This document shows, piece after piece, positions 45,312 to 54,867 of a stretch of DNA of 64,000 nucleotides. A program made the position numbers and the translations under genes. Location of the stretch: positions 160,001-224,000 of the forward strand of contig CAWCYD010000002.1 of NCBI GenBank assembly GCA_963799775.1. Direction: 5' to 3'. Every line of letters starts with the position of its first letter. Within the stretch, counting starts at the first letter, position 1. This stretch comes from an uncultured archaeon. Lineage in GTDB: Archaea; Thermoproteota; Nitrososphaeria; Nitrososphaerales; Gagatemarchaeaceae. The notes below the pieces were generated by a model. That model saw only the letters and a program-made list of their open reading frames with translations. It was not told the DNA's origin and did not search any database.

Positions 45312-46890
45312 CTAGGCCCCGTTGACTGTGTCCGAAGCAGCGCTAGAGGTCGCGCCGTTGTCGGCGTCACCAGCGAACGAAGCTAGGATGTCCACGCTAC
45401 CCTCGGCCCTTCCCCTCACTGTGACGGCGCAGGTCGGACCTGATGGGCCGCAGGTAGATGATGAGAAGGCGCTCCCGGTGCCTCCGAACTGCGGCCATGT
45501 CATCATCTCGCCCGATATCGAACCGCAGCTGTCCGATACGGCCGCGGTGAAGGTCGTGCCGCCTGCGGCACGGGGGAAGAGGTGCCGCCCTGCGTGGTCG
45601 TTGTGGTAGTGGTAGGCGGAGTTATCGCCAGGCCCTTGGTGACGTTGCTCGAGGAGAAGTCCGACGTGTCCGGGCCGTAGGTCGCCGTGACAGCGGCACT
45701 GCCAGACGTAACCCCAATCACTGTAACAGAGCATGAACCATTCAAGAGGGTGCAGGTGCTGGGGGAGAAAGCGACTCTGCCCGTGTCAGCGGAGACAGCG
45801 GACCAGGTCACAGAACCGCTTGGCGTCTGGCCCCCGTCTGCGACAGTCGCGGTGCAGGTCATGCTACCTCCCATTGTGATGGCGTAGGTTGGACAGCTGA
45901 ACGAGGTCGTGGTGGGAATCGAAGTCACTGTGAGCGTGAGCGTCCCTGAGCTGCCATCATTGCTAGAATCCGCCGGATAGGACGCTTGGATGACGGGGTT
46001 GCCCACGCCCGTACCGGCCACTGTGACGGAGCAGCTCATGCCTGAAAGGTTGCAAGTGGAGGAAGAGAATGAGGCGCTCCCGTTTCCTCCGGACTGGGAC
46101 CATGTTATCGTCTCGCCCGATATCGAGCCATAACTTCCCGAGACGGTCCCCGTACACGATGTTGTGGCGTAGGCTTTGACCGAGTCAGCTGTGCACGATA
46201 CCGTTGTCGTGGTGGAGGCAGGGGATATCGAGAGCGACTCGGTGCCGTAGCTGGAGGACGAGTCAGACGTTGCAGGTCCATAGGTGGCCATCATGGTAGC
46301 GTTCCCGCTGCCGACGGCGAGGCCCATCACCGTCACCGAGCAGGAACCGGCAGAAAGAGTGCAGTTGCTCGGCGAGAAGGACACCATGCCTGTCCCTGGG
46401 GGAACCGCGGACCACGTCACGGAACCGGCAGGCGTCTGGCCCCCGTCCGCCACTGTTGCAGAGCAAGTGGCGGTCGAACCCACGGCGACCTTGTCGGGAC
46501 TGCAGCTCACAGTCGTGGTGGTCGCGGCTGCCGTCGTTGTGGTGCTGCTCGAAGACGATGTGCTGGTACTAGTCGTGGTCGAGCCGGTAGCTGTGGTGGT
46601 TCCCGCTGAGGTGGCAGTCGACGTCGTCGATGGGATTGTGGAGCTGGTCGAGGTCGTCGATGCGGCCGTCGAGCTCGTCGACGTGGTAGTTGAGCTGGTG
46701 GCTGAGCTCAATATTGTGGAGCTGGGGGACGTCGTCGTAGTCGAGGTGAAGGAGGATGTCGCAGTCGATGTCACGGTCGTAGTGCTGGGAGGCCCGGAGA
46801 TGAGTGATGCGACGCCTACTCCTACCGTCACCAATACTACGATCATCACGGAGATGACGGGAACGGTTGTGATGGCTGCCGACCGGCGGC
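45312..46890 (-). CDS. Ser/Thr-rich surface protein with four Cys-containing Ig-like repeats (frameshift near 45570)
   Basis: TTTVSC..C.ATV..G.VTWS..FS.S.C.L..CSVTV repeats in an A-B-A-B pattern after a TM and S/T linker. Confidence 0.82.
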
Positions 46891-47375
46891 TATTTCTTAC
46901 GTTTCTCGAGTCTCTCGGATACTCCTGAATAGACCAGCAGCATTACGAACAATACCCCCAGAATCGCCGCGGCTAACAGATCTGAACCAGCGGCAGAATT
47001 GTTGTCGAACGAGTAGATCACATAGGCGGCGAAACAAGCCAGGGCGGTGAGCCCGGTGAAGTAGATGTTCTCACGGTCCATCGATCCATAGAGTTCCACG
47101 GACTCTGGTAATCGGAGCTTGTTCTTCGTCAAGAGGATGTAGTAAAGCACCTGCATTACCGTCAGGAAGAGCAAGATTGTCGCCCCGGTCTCAGTTTCAT
47201 CGATCATCTCCGAGCCTGCGTTGGAGAGGATGGAGCCGAGTAGAACGACCAAGGTGGCGCAAAATGAGAATATTGCGACCAGCGCGTTATCGTGAGCCAG
47301 ATTCTTCCTGAATTTCCCCTCTATCCTAACGATAGACTGCTCGTTTTCAGCCTGCATCTCATCTGCGGGCTTCAT
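46890..47375 (-). CDS. Four-TM membrane protein
   Basis: Hydrophobic helices; may be the frameshifted N-terminus of the adjacent surface protein. Confidence 0.65.
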   Translation of the reverse strand: MKPADEMQAENEQSIVRIEGKFRKNLAHDNALVAIFSFCATLVVLLGSILSNAGSEMIDETETGATILLFLTVMQVLYYILLTKNKLRLPESVELYGSMDRENIYFTGLTALACFAAYVIYSFDNNSAAGSDLLAAAILGVLFVMLLVYSGVSERLEKRKK

Positions 47376-47589
47376 CAGGGCGACACATGGCGGACTTTTG
47401 ATTTATGAGATTTAAGGGATATGTTTTGGATTTTGGTTCCAGGTGACGTAGAATTCGTCGATGATGTAATCGAGGAGGTAGCCCGTCCAGGATTCGAGGC
47501 GCCTGGTTCGATTTGTCCCAGACCGACCGCCCATTCTTCTGCTTTCTTGCCTGAGCTTGGGAGAGTGCAGCGTCGGCATCGCCTGGTCG

Positions 47590-48057
47590 TTAGCTTTCGC
47601 CACTCGAGCGAGACGTTTCCCCTTGGAATCTTTCAAGCAGGCTGTGCAGGGTCATCAATTCGTCCTTTGTAAACGTCGCAAGTGCCTTTTGAAGCATCTC
47701 GGCCTTCTTTATGGCTACTCTCTCGTACAGGGACTTCCCGTCGGGGGTAATCTCAATGACCGTCGCTCTCCTGTCTCCTTTCCCCGGTGTTCTCCTGACT
47801 AGTCTCTTCTCTTCCAGTCGGTCCATTATGCCTGTGACATTGGCAGGAGTGACGAGCATCTCATCGCTCATCTTCCTCATTAGCATCGGTCCATTGTTCG
47901 CAAGAAGGACGAGCGCCAGAAACTGAGAGTCAGTTATTCCCTCGTCCGCGAACAGTTTCAGCCCGGCATGTCTTACCACCTTCGATGTCGCGATAATCGA
48001 GTTGTACGCCTTTTGCTCCACCTCGGCCCTTTCCATTCTTGTGGGCACAGGCAGCAT
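47590..48057 (-). CDS. MarR regulator (copy 2)
   Basis: Shares GPMLMRKMSDEMLVTPANVTGIMDRLEEK with 38428-38886. Confidence 0.92.
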   Translation of the reverse strand: MLPVPTRMERAEVEQKAYNSIIATSKVVRHAGLKLFADEGITDSQFLALVLLANNGPMLMRKMSDEMLVTPANVTGIMDRLEEKRLVRRTPGKGDRRATVIEITPDGKSLYERVAIKKAEMLQKALATFTKDELMTLHSLLERFQGETSRSSGES

Positions 48058-48162
48058 GGGCTATTTTAGATATAAATAGTTAAGCCCTCTGTAGTCTGGA
48101 CATACACAGGCTAACTATTAATAGTCAAGCCTTAAATAGTTAAGGTGTTAATCATCACACCC

Positions 48163-49182
48163 ATGTCCGAGCAGCAAAAGCTGAAGCCAAAAGACGAGAT
48201 GCGTGCCGTAACGATAGACCGCTTCGGCGGTCCGGAGACGCTTTCGGTCAGAACCCTCCCTATGCCGAAACCTGGGCCGAATCAGGTCCTGATCCAGGTC
48301 GAATCAGCCGGCATCGGGATATGGGATCTCGCTGAATTGGGAGGAATGCTTGCTCAAAGAGCTGGAATCAAGCCCAGCTTCCCCTGGACGCTCGGCTCGG
48401 AAGGTGCGGGCAAGATCGTGGCAGTCGGACAGAAGGTCACGGGGTTTAGCAAGGGAGACCTAGTTTACGGCATTGTGTGGGGGACAAATCCAAAGGCGGG
48501 ATTCTACGCTGAATATACGGCCGTGAACGCGGACCAGGCGTGGCCGATTCCCTCGACAATAACGGCCCAAGAGGCGGGGGCGCTGCTCATTGCTGGAGGT
48601 ACCGTCCTGCGAGGGCTGGACGACAATCTGAATCTGAAGAAGGGCGAAACACTGTTGGTCTTCGGCGCGAGCGGCGGTTTGGGGCACTTGGCCATCCAAC
48701 TTGGCAAGCGCCTCGGGGCCAGGGTGTTCGCTATAGCCTCGGGGGAGGACGGCGTGGCTCTTGCCCGAAGGTTAGGAGCTGAGGCTGCTGTGGATGGACA
48801 TGGAGGAGACATTCGCGCTCCGGCCCGAGAGTTCGCCCCGGATGGTTTCGATGCGGCCTTGATAACGGTTCGAGGGCAGGCTGAAGGGGCGGTCGAGGCC
48901 GCTGAAAGCGCTCTCACCACATTGCGCGAAGGTGGACGTGTGGCATATCCCTGGACAGACAATTTCAGACCGCCCCCGAGAGTCCCCTCAAGCGTTCGTC
49001 TGCATGGCTACATGTTAGGGAACACCGATCGGGGTCTGGTCATCAAACTCAACAAACTGATCGAAGCCGGCGCGTTCGAGGTGCATCTTGGCAGGACGTT
49101 CACCCTCGAACGGGCAACTGATGCCTACCAAGCTCTAGGCTCACACCATCTGGGCAGGTTAGCTCTGGTCCCAACAAGATAG
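48163..49182 (+). CDS. NADPH:quinone reductase-like MDR oxidoreductase (copy 2)
   Basis: Close paralog of 39002-39987. Confidence 0.92.
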   Translation: MSEQQKLKPKDEMRAVTIDRFGGPETLSVRTLPMPKPGPNQVLIQVESAGIGIWDLAELGGMLAQRAGIKPSFPWTLGSEGAGKIVAVGQKVTGFSKGDLVYGIVWGTNPKAGFYAEYTAVNADQAWPIPSTITAQEAGALLIAGGTVLRGLDDNLNLKKGETLLVFGASGGLGHLAIQLGKRLGARVFAIASGEDGVALARRLGAEAAVDGHGGDIRAPAREFAPDGFDAALITVRGQAEGAVEAAESALTTLREGGRVAYPWTDNFRPPPRVPSSVRLHGYMLGNTDRGLVIKLNKLIEAGAFEVHLGRTFTLERATDAYQALGSHHLGRLALVPTR

Positions 49183-49364
49183 CCAGGCGACAACCAATCA
49201 CATCAGGATTCTCGGGCTAAGCATTACGAGGGCTATTGAATTGGAATAGCCCGTCCAGGTATATAACGCAACGGTTTGAATCCGGATTCGGTTCGATTCG
49301 TCCCTTCGACCGTGGGGCTCACGGAGAAGCCGCGACAAGCTTTAGGAATGCGTTGACAATTTGT

Positions 49365-49664
49365 TCATAGAGGTTCATTTTTCATGCGGCCGATACTCAT
49401 TCTGACCAAGCCTTGGCTGACGCTGAAGACGCGGTCCACTTTCGCCTTGCTGTCAACAATCAGTTTGCCCGTCTCCAACCCTTCGTTGGTGACCAACACG
49501 GCGTATTCTCGGTATCTCAGGTTAGAAGTCAAAGGAACAGCCACGAAGTCTTCCGAGCGGCGATTGTAGCTGTCGTTTGACAGGACTACAGCAGGTCGTA
49601 CCTTCGATGTCCGGAGATCGGAAAATGGAAACGAGAGAAGTACTATCTCGCGTTGTGTTACCAA
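49365..49664 (-). CDS. mazF: MazF/PemK toxin
   Basis: FPFSD..KVRPAVVLSND, VPLTS; C-terminus may be shortened. Confidence 0.88.
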   Translation of the reverse strand: MVTQREIVLLSFPFSDLRTSKVRPAVVLSNDSYNRRSEDFVAVPLTSNLRYREYAVLVTNEGLETGKLIVDSKAKVDRVFSVSQGLVRMSIGRMKNEPL

Positions 49665-49665
49665 C

Positions 49666-49950
49666 TCAACGACGTCCCTTCAGATACTCGTCCCACACGT
49701 CCTCCCCTTTTTTGAGCCAAATCTTCTTCAGCGACTCTTCACCAAGGCCCTGTAGGTCCGCGAACTCACCTTCCAGGATTTCGTTGATTTTCTCGGGCTT
49801 CTCAAGGACTATCTTACGACCCTTTCTAATCAAGAGAAGTTCGTCGCCTCTTGATATGCCGATTTCCCTCTGGATATCAATCGGTATCGAGATTTGCCCC
49901 TTGTCGGAAACCTTGACCTTCTTGAAAGTCAATTCGTCGGCCTGGGTCAT
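49666..49950 (-). CDS. AbrB/MazE antitoxin
   Basis: KVSDKGQISIP; C-terminal EDVWDEYL. Confidence 0.88.
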   Translation of the reverse strand: MTQADELTFKKVKVSDKGQISIPIDIQREIGISRGDELLLIRKGRKIVLEKPEKINEILEGEFADLQGLGEESLKKIWLKKGEDVWDEYLKGRR

Positions 49951-50639
49951 GCTGTATTGAAGTAAGGAAATCCTTACATAAATAGCTTTGGAACATTCGC
50001 TCGCAAACGCCGACGGGGCGGGCTGAAAGTGTGTGATAGCCCGTCCAGGATTCGAACATGAATGGGTTCTTGGTTGCTGAAGGAGAATTACGCCGATATG
50101 GACCGGCGAGGACTTCGAAGTCAGAAGAACCTCAAGTCCTAGCGCCCTTCAATACACGAACCCCGACTACTACGATTACAGTAATGACGACAACTAAGAG
50201 TTAGTCCGAAAAACCAAGAGGAAAGAAGAGATTCTCCAAAGTCAGGTCGGCAAACCGAAAGTGTTGTGCATGCCCGCCGCCAAGCTCGTAGAGGCTGTTC
50301 AGACTAGGGTCAGGAATCTGGTTTTGGATGGCTGAGATTCGACCACGGTCTGCCCGTCAAGACGCGTGCTGCGATTACTACGGCCATTATGATTACTGTG
50401 ATTACAACGATTAAGACTACTGTTGAGGAAGCAACCAACCCGCAATCAACGCAAGGGCCCTGACCGCACGAATATATCTTTGCTTTCGGTCAGGAATGCG
50501 ACTTTGAAGCGTTTTGAATCAGTTGCCCTACTCCCCCGCGATTCTCTCATGACTCCGTAATTCCCTCCCGATTGCCGTGCCCCACCACAACAGGTAGTGG
50601 TCAAGTGTGGCTACTTAGAACCAGTCCGGAAAATATCAC

Positions 50640-50830
50640 CTCCAGAAGAGTCCGGCCGCTCGCCAGGTTTCCACGCGCACGCGAAGTGTATCATCGCGAC
50701 GTAGTTCTTTTTCTTCTCCTCTCACCGGATCAGGAGCCTCCTGAACCTGTTGAGCAACGAGTGGGTCCTCTCGACGACCCATCTCCTCGCTCGGTATCCG
50801 GGCCCTCTCCCTCGTCGACTGGTCGACGCC
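50640..50830 (-). pseudogene. IS5-family transposase C-terminal remnant
   Basis: RRWVVERTHSLLNRFRRLLIR*EEKKKNYVAMIHFACA with an in-frame stop. Confidence 0.8.
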
Positions 50831-51266
50831 CCTCCTGGCATGTGGCCCATGTATCCCCACGCCTCGACGAGCTCGTCTATCTCTGGCTCGTGGAAAGCAC
50901 GCTAGGCACTGTGATGACCGTCTCCACCGTCGCGATCCTCATGATGGTCTATCGTTTCCCGGCAAGATTCTTCGTGGTCGTAACGTTGGCGTGGGACTTT
51001 TCCTATCGGCATCGTTCGCTCTTGGGTTTCCGGTCAGCGTCCTCTCAAAGCTGCCGAACTTCCAGGTCACACCTTCGGTCTACAACACTGTGCTCTGGGT
51101 GAACCAAATCGAGTTCTTGGGCTGGCTTTACTTTGCGTCCGTCCTCCCTGATCTGTCTGCAATATTTCAGAGTGAAAGAGTCTGGCAAGAGTAACATCCA
51201 GGTGGACTATAGTCGCTAACTCTCACTGCAGGTGCTTTTAATGGACCTATTTTTAGCGGGCCCGGC

Positions 51267-52439
51267 TTGAACCGGAAGGGCGTCTGCTACGACGTCGGGC
51301 GTGTCCTTATGGATGGCAACTGGCGCCCCAAGTTCGACCCCAGGACCGTCCACCGGGAGCTGGGCATCATAAAGCACGACCTCCACTGCAACGCCGTCAG
51401 AATCCAGGGGCTCGACATCGATAGGCTCATGACCGCGAGTGAGGACGCCCTGTCACAAGGGCTGGAGGTCTGGCTATCTCCCGAGATGTGGGACAAAAGC
51501 CAGGATGAGACCTGCGAATACATCGCGAGGGCGGCGGAGCGGGCGGAGGGGCTCCGTCAACGGTGGCCCGGAAAGCTGGTCTTCAGTGTGGGCTCCGAGC
51601 TGAGCCTCTTCTCTCAGGGGATGATCGAGGGCAAAAACGTCTTTGACCGGATATCCCGTTCCTCGTTCTTTAGCGATATATCGGCCGGGACGTACAACGG
51701 CCCGCTCAATCTGTACCTGTCGAATCTGAGCGAGGCCGCGAAGAAGTCGTTCCGTGGGCCGCTCACCTACTTCTCCTTGCCGTTCGAAGCTGTCGACTGG
51801 AAACCGTTCGATTTCGTCGGGGTAGACCATTACAGGGACGCGCAGAACAAAGTCGCCTATGGTCGGATGATAAGCAAGTACAACGCATTCGGCAAGCCTG
51901 TGATTGTAGGGGAGTTCGGGTGCTGCACTTTCCGGGGCGCGGAGCTGCTCGGAGGAAACGGCTTCATGATAACCTTCGGGATGATTGAAGGCCTCCTCGG
52001 GCCAAACCAGAAGCTTCCCAAGATGTTCTTGGACATGGCGCATGTCCCGCCCCGAGCCGACGGGCACTACATCCGTGACGAGGAGCTCCAGGCACGCGAG
52101 CTGGTCGATCAGCTGGGGGTGCTCGACGCAGCGGGGGTTGAGGGCGCGTTCGTGCAAACCTTCGTGGTTCCTAACTCCCCGTACCGCTCGGACCCCAGGT
52201 ACGACACCGACATGGCGAACTTTAGCCTGGTGAAGAGCTTCCAGGAGGCAGAAACGGCGGAAGAGTTCAGGAGACAGACCATCCGTGGGGCCAGGGAAGT
52301 GATTGGGGTGGACCTCGACCCCCGCGTTCTGGATGGTTTTTCAGGTCGAATGGGCGAGCATGGAGTGACATATCCGGATCTGCCGTGGGAGCCGAAGGAG
52401 TCGTTCAGGGCGGTCGCAAGATACTACGCTGAGCACTAG
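51267..52439 (+). CDS. Glycoside-hydrolase-like TIM-barrel protein
   Basis: KGVCYD, DLHCNAVRI, SVGSEL, VGEFGC, WEPK. Confidence 0.75.
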   Translation: MNRKGVCYDVGRVLMDGNWRPKFDPRTVHRELGIIKHDLHCNAVRIQGLDIDRLMTASEDALSQGLEVWLSPEMWDKSQDETCEYIARAAERAEGLRQRWPGKLVFSVGSELSLFSQGMIEGKNVFDRISRSSFFSDISAGTYNGPLNLYLSNLSEAAKKSFRGPLTYFSLPFEAVDWKPFDFVGVDHYRDAQNKVAYGRMISKYNAFGKPVIVGEFGCCTFRGAELLGGNGFMITFGMIEGLLGPNQKLPKMFLDMAHVPPRADGHYIRDEELQARELVDQLGVLDAAGVEGAFVQTFVVPNSPYRSDPRYDTDMANFSLVKSFQEAETAEEFRRQTIRGAREVIGVDLDPRVLDGFSGRMGEHGVTYPDLPWEPKESFRAVARYYAEH

Positions 52440-52486
52440 AATCAGCCTCCGAACCTTACTGGGCTTGCCGTCTTACGCCTCGGGAC

Positions 52487-53318
52487 TCAGGAACCGCTTG
52501 CTTTCAAGAAGGCGAGCAGCTCTGTGTTGACGGTATCCTTGAGGGTCGAGCACATGCCGTGAGGCGCGCCGGGGATCACCTTCAACGTGGCGCCCTTCAC
52601 TATCTTGGATGAGAGCATTGCCGAATCAGCTATGGGCACTATCTGGTCGTCGTCGCCATGAAGAACTAGCGTAGGCACGTCAAATTTTTTGAGATCCTCC
52701 GTGAAGTCCGTCTCGGAGAACTGTTTGATGCAGTCGTAGACCGCCTTATGTCCGGCCCACATCCCTTGAAGCCAGAAGGAATCGCGCAAGCCCTGGGAGA
52801 CCTTGGCGCCGGGCCTGTTGAAGCCGTAGAAGGGCATGCTGAGGTCCATTCCAGAACTGCGAGCGGTCTGCCAAGACGCCCGCGCGAATCTGATTGAATG
52901 CCTCGATGGGCAAGCCGCCAGGGTTGGAAGGGGTCTTCACCATGATCGGTGGCACCGCACCGATGAGGACCGCCTTGGCGACGCGCTTCGTCCCGTGTCG
53001 ACCTATGTAGCGGGCAACCTCACCGCCTCCAGTCGAGTGACCGACATGAACGGCGTCCTTCAGCTCGAGATGCTTGACGAGCTCCGCAAGGTCGTCAGCG
53101 TAGGTGTCCATGTCGTTGCCGTTCCAGGGTTGATCCGAGCGTCCGTGGCCCCGGCGGTCGTGCGCTATGCAACGATATCCTTGCGAGGCCAGGAACAGCA
53201 TCTGGTCTTCCCACGCATCGGCGCTGAGAGGCCAGCCGTGGCTGAAGACGACAGGCTGTCCCTTTCCCCAATCCTTGTAGTAAATCTGAGTCCCATCTTT
53301 CGTCTTAATCGTGGGCAA
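52487..53318 (-). CDS. Non-heme haloperoxidase/arylesterase (frameshift near 52848)
   Basis: [35 protein letters not shown]. Confidence 0.92.
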
Positions 53319-53484
53319 GGCATCTCTAACTGGTGGGGTCTGCGTATTAACCGTGATGGGAGCAGGCCCATCGGGGCCCTTCCCTGAACGGGTTCTAAAA
53401 GTGGACTCCCAGAAAGCCTGAGTAGATAATAGGAACTTTTAGAAAATAGGAATTCCTTTATAGTAGGAGTGTGTTATTGCTCCT

Positions 53485-53709
53485 ATGGCTCAAGAGGTTG
53501 TTGTCACAAGAAGAGGCCAGACGACCATACCGATGCCCATAAGGAAGAAGCTCGGAATACAGGAGGGCACAAGGCTGATGGCCGACACAGACGGGGATAA
53601 GGTGATATTCACAAAGATCCCATCCATCTTCGACCTATCTGGGAAGAGCAAGCTGACGACCGAGGAGGCCTTCAGACTCCTTGACGAGATGCGCGCATCG
53701 GAGGGTTAA
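53485..53709 (+). CDS. AbrB/MazE antitoxin
   Basis: VTRRGQTTIPMPIRKKLGI. Confidence 0.9.
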   Translation: MAQEVVVTRRGQTTIPMPIRKKLGIQEGTRLMADTDGDKVIFTKIPSIFDLSGKSKLTTEEAFRLLDEMRASEG

Positions 53710-54084
53710 CGGACGCTCTTCGAGACTAGGTATTTTTGGGCTGTCCTTACGTCGAAGGATGCAGAGACCACGAAGAAACTCAAGGCAATCTTCGAAAAGG
53801 CCAAAACTCCCTTCGCGTCATCGGTCAGCATCTACGAGATATACAAACAGACGCTCGAACATGATGACAAGGCAGTGGCAGATCTCCGCACTCGTACAAT
53901 CACAAATGAATACACCATCGTCGACGTAAGTGCCGAGATAGCGGAAGAAGGAGCAAGGATAAGCCACAGACTGAGAATTCCCATGGCAGATTCGCTCATC
54001 ATGGCCACTTCCAAGAGTCTGCGCGTTTCCTGTGTTACAGATGATCCGCATTTTACTGAAGTAAAGCGCGTGTGGATAAGTTGA
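53710..54084 (+). CDS. VapC PIN-domain protein with no clear start codon
   Basis: LFETRYF..SIYEIY..PMADSLIMAT..VTDDPHF, in frame directly after the antitoxin stop. Confidence 0.75.
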   Translation, partial: RTLFETRYFWAVLTSKDAETTKKLKAIFEKAKTPFASSVSIYEIYKQTLEHDDKAVADLRTRTITNEYTIVDVSAEIAEEGARISHRLRIPMADSLIMATSKSLRVSCVTDDPHFTEVKRVWIS

Positions 54085-54195
54085 GCGGGCCCGACGAGTC
54101 CGCCCCTGAACCGGTTCTCAAAGTGGATTCAGAGTGAGACTGCGCCGTCCCTAGGGGCCGGCCTCTGGCCTTCGCATTCCTCACCAGATTGCCAG

Positions 54196-54585
54196 TTATG
54201 GATTGAGTAGGGCGACTGCACCTTCTATCTCTCCTACCTTTCGGATATCAAAGTCTGGGCGTGCCCCGACAAACGCGCATCTTCCGCCGGAAGCATTGAT
54301 ACTCAATAATGTGATCTTGTCGCGAAGGATTATTGCGGTGCGTGACGGTCCCAACAACTTGTCCGCCGTGTCGTCAATCCCCCGGACGACGGCCCAGCGC
54401 CTGGCCAGCAGTTCGACATCGCTCTTGTTCCGGAGCAGGCTCTCGCTTCCCGGCCGCGACCTTGTCGCTCGGATGTCTCCCTGGGAGCTGATAATCACGC
54501 AGAACATTATCGCGTCGTCCATCGAGCATATTCGCTCAGCAAGCTCAGACTCACCGACTTTCCCTGGTTCTGGTCTTGGATTCAT
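54196..54585 (-). CDS. Small roadblock/profilin-like protein
   Basis: ICSMDDAIMFCVIISSQG..R.G pattern typical of thaumarchaeal small proteins. Confidence 0.6.
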   Translation of the reverse strand: MNPRPEPGKVGESELAERICSMDDAIMFCVIISSQGDIRATRSRPGSESLLRNKSDVELLARRWAVVRGIDDTADKLLGPSRTAIILRDKITLLSINASGGRCAFVGARPDFDIRKVGEIEGAVALLNP

Positions 54586-54867
54586 TTTCCGAGCACTCTC
54601 TGCTTGCTAACCTTGACAGAGGCTCCAGAGTTCGTCAATTGGTTGGACTCCAGATTGCAACCTGCTCGTTGGCTAAAGCTGCGTTCTTGTCGGTCAACTC
54701 ATCAGGCGGAAATAGCAGGTCGTGATATTTACGTAGTCCGATTCAGTGCGACATGCTCGTCATGGTCCAACAGAGTTCAGATTGAGCTATTATTAGCGGG
54801 CCCGACGGTACGCCTGCCCGCACGAGTCGAAGCCCCGCCGTTATTAGGAGAAATCCCCCGGAATGGC

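Larger units (their letters stand above)
35424..50057 (-). mobile_element. Cassette array delimited by eight tRNA-Gln-like 3'-end sites (35424, 36166, 38376, 40050, 45128, 47479, 49247, 50037)
   Basis: TAGCCCGTCCAGG exact in seven sites (TAGCCCGTTTCGG at 36166), all in the same orientation and at gene boundaries; longest is TAGCCCGTCCAGGATTCGAAC. Confidence 0.88.
51254..54820 (-). repeat. Second family of tRNA-3'-end-like sites (Lys/Arg-like) at 51254, 53361 (degenerate), 54084 and 54794
   Basis: AGCGGGCCCG shared by three sites; reverse complement CCGT-CGGGCCC-G. Confidence 0.7.

Noticed and set aside
35424-50057. Array as a canonical integron or CRISPR
   Set aside because: No attC-type GTTRRRY/RYYYAAC hairpins seen; repeats are tRNA-like, kilobases apart, and cargo genes face both directions
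50037-50120. Intact tRNA-Gln
   Set aside because: The match stops after GGATTCGAAC; no anticodon or D arm follows
12212-50361. Weaker look-alikes of the Gln core (12212 TAGCCCGTAAAGG, 12318, 13601 inverted, 40432, 50351)
   Set aside because: Two or more mismatches or only 10 bp; expected by chance in GC-rich DNA
51267-52439. Calling the GH-like protein an abortive-infection defence gene
   Set aside because: Similar proteins sometimes carry that label from my recollection, but the sequence supports only a glycoside-hydrolase-like fold
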